64,000 nt of DNA from Mantamonas sphyraenae STR306 (Eukaryota > Protista > CRuMs): NCBI GenBank assembly GCA_026936335.1, contig JAPMXV010000034.1, forward strand, positions 1-64,000, in the 5' to 3' direction. The translations under genes were made by a program, and so were the position numbers. Positions 57,708 through 64,000 of the stretch are shown here, piece after piece. The notes under the pieces are model-generated. The model was given only the letters and a program-made list of their open reading frames with translations, was not told where the DNA came from and did no database searches. Numbering within the stretch: the stretch's first letter is position 1; every line of letters starts with the position of its first letter.

Positions 57708-58617
57708 ATGCCTGTCACTGAAATCACAGATCAGGCTCACTTTGACAAGATTCTGTCGGATGCAGGGCCATCTCTGGTCGTCATCGACTGCTGGGCTCCA
57801 TGGTAGGTGCTCAATCTCGCGAGTGCACCACACAGCCACTGTGTGTCCACCACGGCCCACCCTTCCCCTGGGTGACTTGATGCACAGTGAGCAAGTATTG
57901 CGCCTGCTGAGTTGCACTGTTGTTGAGTTTGGCAATGAGTTTCCCCACTGCTGACGTCGTCCACTGGTTCCGTCCTTTGTTTCCACTCCCACCCCCCTTC
58001 CCCGTGCCCAGGTGTGGTCCGTGCAAAGAGTTGGCCCCGTTTGTGGATCAACTCAGTGAGCAGTACAAGGACGTGGTGTTTGCCAAGATGGACACGGATG
58101 ATGACGAGCTGACGGTGCGTTTTTGGTCCTTGCCCTTTTGCGGCTGAACTCTCTCACGCAGCTGTGTGTTTGCGAGAGCTGACCCCGCCCACAAACACGG
58201 ATGAATGGCATTTGATAGGATCTTGCGGACGATCTCAAGATCAAAAGCTTGCCCACGCTGCTGTTCTACCGCAACGCCAAGCTGTTGATGCGCTTGAAGA
58301 GCCCCAACGAAAAGCAGCTCGAGACGTCGTTGCGCACACTGCTGGACGACACAGACTTGGACAACATGGTCAACCCAGATTCCACCACAAGTGGCAGTAG
58401 CAAGAGCAGCAACAGCAAGAGCACAACCACCACAACCACAACGGCGGCGGGAAAGGCAGCTGCATCGCCATCCAAAGCCAAGAAGACCAAGGGCAAGAGT
58501 GGCATGAAGACCACAAAGGTGGGACAGCGCAAGGTGCAGTCGTCCAATTTCACCACCATCCTCGTCGTGGTTGTCGCTGCAGCCGTGGCTGGTCTGGCGT
58601 ACACAAACTTTGCGTGA
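57708..58617 (+). CDS. Thioredoxin-domain protein with a C-terminal tail anchor; exons 57708-57802, 58012-58114, 58219-58617
   Basis: Spliced VIDCWAPWCGPCK; IKSLPTLLFY cis-Pro motif; terminal hydrophobic helix ILVVVVAAAVAGLAY. Confidence 0.9.
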
Positions 58618-58653
58618 GCCAATCCAATCCAAAACAAAAGAACCCGCCATCCA

Positions 58654-59211
58654 ATGTCCACCTCCTCCAAGCGTCCACGTCCTGCCTCCTTGTCCGACGA
58701 CATCAACGATGACCTTTGCGCCGCAGACCAGCAGGGTGCAAAACGGCAACGATTGCAAGACGAGCTGCTGGAAGCCGCCTGCAGAAGCCTGCCCACCACA
58801 CGTGCCATCCGCTCCCTCGTTCATGAAGAGTCGAGGTTGTTGCAGCGTATGCGTGACACCCTGTGTGACACACGCAAGGCCATGGTTGGCGAGAGAAAAG
58901 CCCTCCTGGAAGCACACACAGCACAGCTTGTCTTGCTGGCACGCTCCAAGCCACCCAGCAGCGCACAGGGCAATTCATTTGTCCAAGTGCATGGAACACA
59001 TCACCAGGAGCGTGTGGCGCAAGAGAAAGACCTTCACAGACGTCTGGTCGAGCTGGAAGCTGAGTTTTTGGCCTCGCTCGCCTCACTCCGCACCGAACAC
59101 CGCCTCAAACTCCAGAAGCTTGGGGTGCCTGGATTCGACCAGCCTTCATTTGCCCTCAACCGCGCGGCGGCGGCACGAGTGCTCGCTCTCATTCAGGCGC
59201 GTCCAAAGTGA
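58654..59211 (+). CDS. Hypothetical helical protein (185 aa)
   Basis: ATG-initiated ORF filling the gap between genes; helical composition; KLQKLGVPGF near the C-terminus. Confidence 0.6.
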   Translation: MSTSSKRPRPASLSDDINDDLCAADQQGAKRQRLQDELLEAACRSLPTTRAIRSLVHEESRLLQRMRDTLCDTRKAMVGERKALLEAHTAQLVLLARSKPPSSAQGNSFVQVHGTHHQERVAQEKDLHRRLVELEAEFLASLASLRTEHRLKLQKLGVPGFDQPSFALNRAAAARVLALIQARPK

Positions 59212-61417
59212 GCAGCCGGGTGACGGTTTGCTTCTCGTCGTCGAACAGCAGCAGCGCCTTGTCCATCAGCTCCACAGTGTGGTTGAGGATTGATGCCACG
59301 GCCGCCCTGTCCTGCGCCTCCAGGGACTTGCGGTACGTCTCCACGGTTGATTCGTGCTCCTCCAGCGCCGCTGCCATGCGTGCCACCTTGCGTGCGTTGA
59401 ACACCGTACGCACTGGCACGTTGCCCCAAAAGTGCTGCAACAGAGCACGTGCCTTCTGATACAGCTCCCTCACCTCGCGACGCACATGCTCCGGTGCATC
59501 TTGAGGCCCACGACGCTTGTTGGCTCCTGTGCTTCTGCTCAGTCCCTGGGAATCCAGCGCCAGGTTGCGCACCTGATTCAAAACACGCTGCATCCCACTG
59601 TCGTCGCCATTGACTCTGTCAATTTCTTCTGTTGCTGCCTTGGGCTCCAACCAACCACACAGCGCTTTGGTATCCACCTGCTTCAACGTGGAATACAGAC
59701 TCTTGGCTTGTTTGGCCACCACAGACCCTTTCACCTTTCTTTCACGCGCTCCGTCCGCCTCTTGCCCGTCACGTTTCCCTTCAAAGTACCTTCGCTGGTC
59801 TGCAATGTTCAGTTCGATGGTCTCTGTCTCTTGCGTGCGTTCCAGATCATGGAAGCGCAGATTGTTGCGCACGCGCTCCCGATCTGCCTCCACCCCATTT
59901 GCTACCCGAGTCGCTCGACTCTTCTGTGAGCCTTGTCCCTTTCCACTCTGCTTCTTGCGTCTGCCTTGTGTTCCGGGTTCTTCAAGGGCAAAGCCTTGTT
60001 CCCCCTGCTTGACAATCACGGAACTCTGCCAATTCAGGGCCTCCACCATGGTATGTCTGCTCATTCTCTCCTTCTCCTTCAATTGGCCGTACGACTCTGG
60101 CAGTTCACTGTCTGCGCCCATGTCTGAGAACAGACTGACTTGCGTGGCATACTGCTCTTCCCGCTCACGCGCCATGTGCTCCAGCTGCTCTTCCGCCAGT
60201 CCATCGAAAATGTTTGCCCCCTGTTGCTGTCGGTTAACTGTGTTCTTGCGCGTCATGCCTGTCTTGGTGCGGTAGAACCAGTCCGAGTTGATGTACTGCA
60301 TAAAGAACTCACTGGAGCTGAGCTTCACCGGCACCAGCTCGTTGTACTTTTGCGCCAACGAAGGATGTTCTGCAAACAGCTGATAAGCTTTGTCAAATGT
60401 AATGTTGGCCTTGTGCGTCACCTGGTTTGTGTTCACCTTGCCCGTGTCCTCCACAAGCTCAAGTCCGCCCAGGAACCCAATTTGCTGATGCCGCTTGTCG
60501 ATCGCCTCGTTCAGCAGCATTTGCTTGCGCGATTCCCAAAACTCCTGTTCGGTGAGCACTCCCCGTCCCACTAGCTCGTCGTAAAGAGTACGCTGTTCCT
60601 TGTTGTTGGCCAGCACCGCCGACCGTTGCGCCAGCTCTTCCTTGCTGACATCAGCCAAGGTCGACGAGCTGCTGCTGCTACTGCTGCTACTGCTGCTACT
60701 GCTGCTACTGCTGCTACTGCTGGTAGTTGTTGTTGTTGTTGTCGTCGTCGTCGTCGTTGTGGACCTGCTCCCTCCTTCTGTCGATGTGGTCTCCGCGCGG
60801 CTTCGCTTGCTTGCCCCATTGCCCCCCGAAGAGTCCGATAGGTGGCGTTTGCCTCTGTTTGGGTTGGCCATGATCTGCTGGAGGGAATCACCAAACAGCT
60901 TCATGTCCTCCTGTGGCTTGTCCGTCAAAAAGCGGAACCGGTGATCTGAACAGCACAGCGTTTAGCTTCACGCACGCAGAAACATACCACACACACATAC
61001 ACACAATCAACGTACCTCCTTTGTCCTTCGTAAGGATGCGCAAGATGCACTTTTTGTTTCCCAGTTGAGGCTCTGCAATGAGTGGTAGGTGGCAACTTGT
61101 GAGTGGCGGCTCTCGAGAACCGAGAGAGTGTTTGACCACCCATGGTGCGAGTGCGGGCCGTGCGACAGCCAAGGCGTCGCCAGTTCTCGGAAAGAAAGGT
61201 GTGCAGGAAGACGGGAAAGTGGGGCTGGGAACGGGGGCGACTGGGTCTGCCCAACGTGTGGGCAAACGAGCGGGAACGCACCGGCGACATCAGCAAGTGC
61301 AATCTCCACTGGCTTCTTGCCAGACGACGAGTCCAGTGGCCTCCACAGCAGTGCATCTTGGGTCAAACGCAGTGTGCCCTTGACCTTGTCGTACTTGGTG
61401 AGCGCAGACAGATCCAT
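59189..61417 (-). CDS. GTF2H1: TFIIH subunit p62/Tfb1 (PH + two BSD domains); 3 exons
   Basis: N-terminal KYDKVKGTLRL...LLWRP PH-like segment; BSD LANNKEQRTLYDELV..GVLTEQEFW and LFAEHP...YNELVP..LSSSEFF; LLQHFW. Confidence 0.85.
60668..60759 (-). repeat. Trinucleotide/9-mer coding repeats (poly-Thr then poly-Ser)
   Basis: (ctgctgcta)n, (gtt)n and (gtc)n on the + strand. Confidence 0.9.
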
Positions 61418-61476
61418 GTGGAGGGTTGGCTGCGACGGCGAAGCCACACCCACTCACCGGAAATCCTCTCCCCACC

Positions 61477-63952
61477 ATGGAGACCGAGGCTGCACCTAAG
61501 CTGGTGACCACCAAGATGTCCGGTGTCATTGTGCCTCCGCCAGAGATCAAAAGTATGTCCCCCATGCTTGTGTGCTGTGAACTGTGCCTCTCTCGCCCTG
61601 CATGTCTCTTCCGTCGCTGACCCGTCACACCCTTCTCCCCTCGCTTCCGCCCCCCAGCTCTGGTGGAGCGCACAGCCACCTTTGTCAACAAATCCGGCGT
61701 GGCTTTTGAACAGCGTCTGCGCACAGACAAGAAGGACGACCGCAATTTTAGCTTTCTCAAGCCGACTGATTTGTACCACGGCTACTATCAACAGTGCCTC
61801 CAACAGGTGGGTTGCCCTCTGCCCGCTTCACACAATCACGACGCTCCCCTTTCCTACGGTTTTGCCACCTTCACCATACCTCCATTGACCGCTCACACTG
61901 CTCCTGTCTTCAAATCCCCAGGCGAAACGAGGCCAGGTGGGTGGCGCGCACAACAGAGATTCTTCCACCCCAGCACGCGTTCTGACACCCGACACACCGT
62001 CCCATGCACAGACCGTTGGGGCTCCTGTAACCGACAATGCCCAGGAACCCACCACCACCACCACCACCACCACCACAAGCAGCAGCAGTAGTAGCTCAAG
62101 CAGCTCCAAGTCGGAACCTGAGCACTCAGCAGCTGCAGCCAAGGACGCAGGTCCCAGCAAACCCGAGGAACCCGAGTTTGGTGAGCCTTTGGCTGATATG
62201 TACACTCTGGACGTGCCCGACGACTTTCATCTCGGCGCACAGGACCTGGACATCATGAAGCTCGCTGCTCAGTATGTCGCTCGCAACGGCATGGCCTTCC
62301 AGCAAGGCCTGGCCTTTCGAGAAAAGCACAACTCGCCCCAATTCGACTTTCTCAACCCACTCCACTTTCTGCACCCACTGTTTCTGGCCATGGGTAAGTG
62401 TGGGCAGCGTTGTGCGTGTTGAGGTGCAGAGTGACGACGTGCGCCGCACACCGCTAACCCGTAACCCCACCTTTCACACCACCTCGCATTCATATTATCA
62501 CAGTGGACAAATATCGCAAGTGCATCGAGATGCCGGCCGAGGTGTCCGAGCAGATGAAGCACGACGCGCTGCGCAAGAACAAGGACGCGCTGCTGGCTCG
62601 CTTGAGGCACAAACAAAAGGTGCTGGCGAAACGGGAGGAGGAGGAACGACGCAAGGAAGAAGACAAGGAGCTGGAAGAGCAGTTCCAAAGCCAGATTGAT
62701 TGGTACGACTTCAAAACGGCAGAAACCATTGATTTCGACGACGACGACTTTGAAGAAACCGACGCAGGTGCAGAGGCAGAAGGAGCGAGTGCAGGAGAGG
62801 CAAACGAGGACGAGGACGAGGACGACGGGGGAGACATGGACATGGAGGATTCGGACAGTGATGATGACGACTTGGCCAACGTCAAGGTGGTCAAAGACTA
62901 TGTCCCGGGACAGGGATTCCAGAGACAAAAGAAGGAGCTGACCCAGGTGTGTCCACGATGTGGCCGCGAAGTGCCCATCGATGAGTTTGCAGAGCATATG
63001 CGTGTTGAGCTGCTCGATCCCAAGTGGCAGGAGCAACGGCGTGCGGCGCAGCAGGTGCCCGATGTCCTGGCCTCCTCCGACACCGTTGCCGCTAGCCTGT
63101 GTCCGTCTGTCCAAACACCGCACAGATATCTTTGGAGGAGAGGACGAAGTGGCTGTCAAGAGGCCGCCCACGCGTGAGATCACCCCGAAAACTGCGAGCA
63201 TGCCCGCCGCCAACGCAAACATGTCTCTGGCCGACCAAATTGCTGCCATCCACGCAAGCAACGCCAAAAACAGGAACACAAACACAGAGGGGTCTCTGTT
63301 GGGCAGTGACCACCCCAAGCACAACACCACCTCAACAACCACAGCCGCCGCCGCACAGGCTGTCTCCCGCCCGCCTTTCATGCCCCAACCCAACCAACCA
63401 GGCATGATGCAGATGCATCACGGTGGCCCTCCCATGGGCTTGTCGCGTACGCCGCAAGCTTCGTCCTCGTTGGTGCGTCCACGCGAGGCCATGTCCGAAG
63501 ACTCCGCTCTGGCCCCCACCTCCTCCTCATCCTCATCCTCATCCTCCTCCAACGCCAAGGTGCCAGGACGCTCAGGCCAACTGGCAGAGTCGGACGGGGA
63601 CGGCGACGAAGCAAGCAAGCGCAGGAAAACCGACACTGGCCTGCTGTCGGAGCAGGAATGGCTTGCAAACCATCCGGGGGACGTGCAGGTGCAGGTGCAG
63701 GTGCCCGACGACTCGGAAAAGAGCGATTGGAAGTTCAATGGTCAGACATTGAGCTACGACATCGACATCCAAAGTCTGGTGAGCGCGCTAAAGAAGCTCA
63801 TCTCCCAGGACCTGGGCATCCCCATCAACAAGCAGAAGCTGAAAATGGACAACATCGGCTTCCTCAAAGACAAGCTGTCGCTAGCCCATTACAACATGAG
63901 CGATGGTGTGGTGCTGGAACTGGGCAGCAAGACTCGCGGCGGCAAGAAATGA
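61477..63952 (+). CDS. SF3A1: Splicing factor 3A subunit 1 (Prp21; two SURP domains + ubiquitin-like C-terminus); 4 exons, +1 indel near 63099
   Basis: VIVPPPEIK, RTATFVNKSG..FE, DIMKLAAQYVARNG...QFDFL, IDWYDF, EHMRVELLDPKW, RTDIFG, FLKDKLSLAHYN, RGGKK. Confidence 0.95.
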
Positions 63953-64000
63953 AGTCGTGGTGCTCTCCATGTTGCTGTATGGTTCTGCCTTGCTTTTCAC

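Noticed and set aside
1-64000. Stop-codon reassignment or selenocysteine read-through
   Set aside because: No conserved gene needs an in-frame stop. TGA (22), TAG (3) and TAA (1) all terminate genes, and thioredoxin has plain WCGPC.
1-64000. tRNA/rRNA genes, transposons and a species-level identification
   Set aside because: None was recognisable by eye, and the taxon cannot be established without a search.

Overview
This window is the left end of a chromosome from a GC-rich (~60% by eye), intron-containing unicellular eukaryote with mitochondria; it is not a prokaryote. A (CCCTAA)n telomere (1-176) is followed by 26 protein-coding genes, which I rebuilt by hand from splice sites. Recognisable genes include thiolase, PGS1, RasGAP-SH3, two SK-like K+ channels, a GT61 glycosyltransferase, MOB1, RPN11, a PX-BAR sorting nexin, a 2OG-Fe(II) oxygenase, a class II PRPP synthetase, an MDR oxidoreductase, thioredoxin, TFIIH p62 and SF3A1. 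Main observations: (1) Gene packing is extreme despite ordinary introns. Most spacers are 12-100 nt, a minus-strand triplet is joined by an ATGA stop/start overlap and a 12-nt gap, two divergent ATGs lie 22 nt apart, and two convergent CDS pairs overlap. (2) A candidate 3'-end motif, (C)AATG / GCAATGCA, recurs at or just after stop codons. (3) A ~6,200-aa filamin/Ig-repeat multipass surface receptor occupies about 30% of the window. (4) One protein combines CH, helical-rod, LD-motif and 3xLIM modules like an all-in-one adhesion adaptor. (5) A subtelomeric gene is built from four copies of an unrecognised, possibly HTH-like domain. (6) Strong C/G strand-skew domains ignore gene orientation. About 8 single-base frameshifts look like assembly indels. 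All domain calls come from motif recognition by eye; no database search was run.
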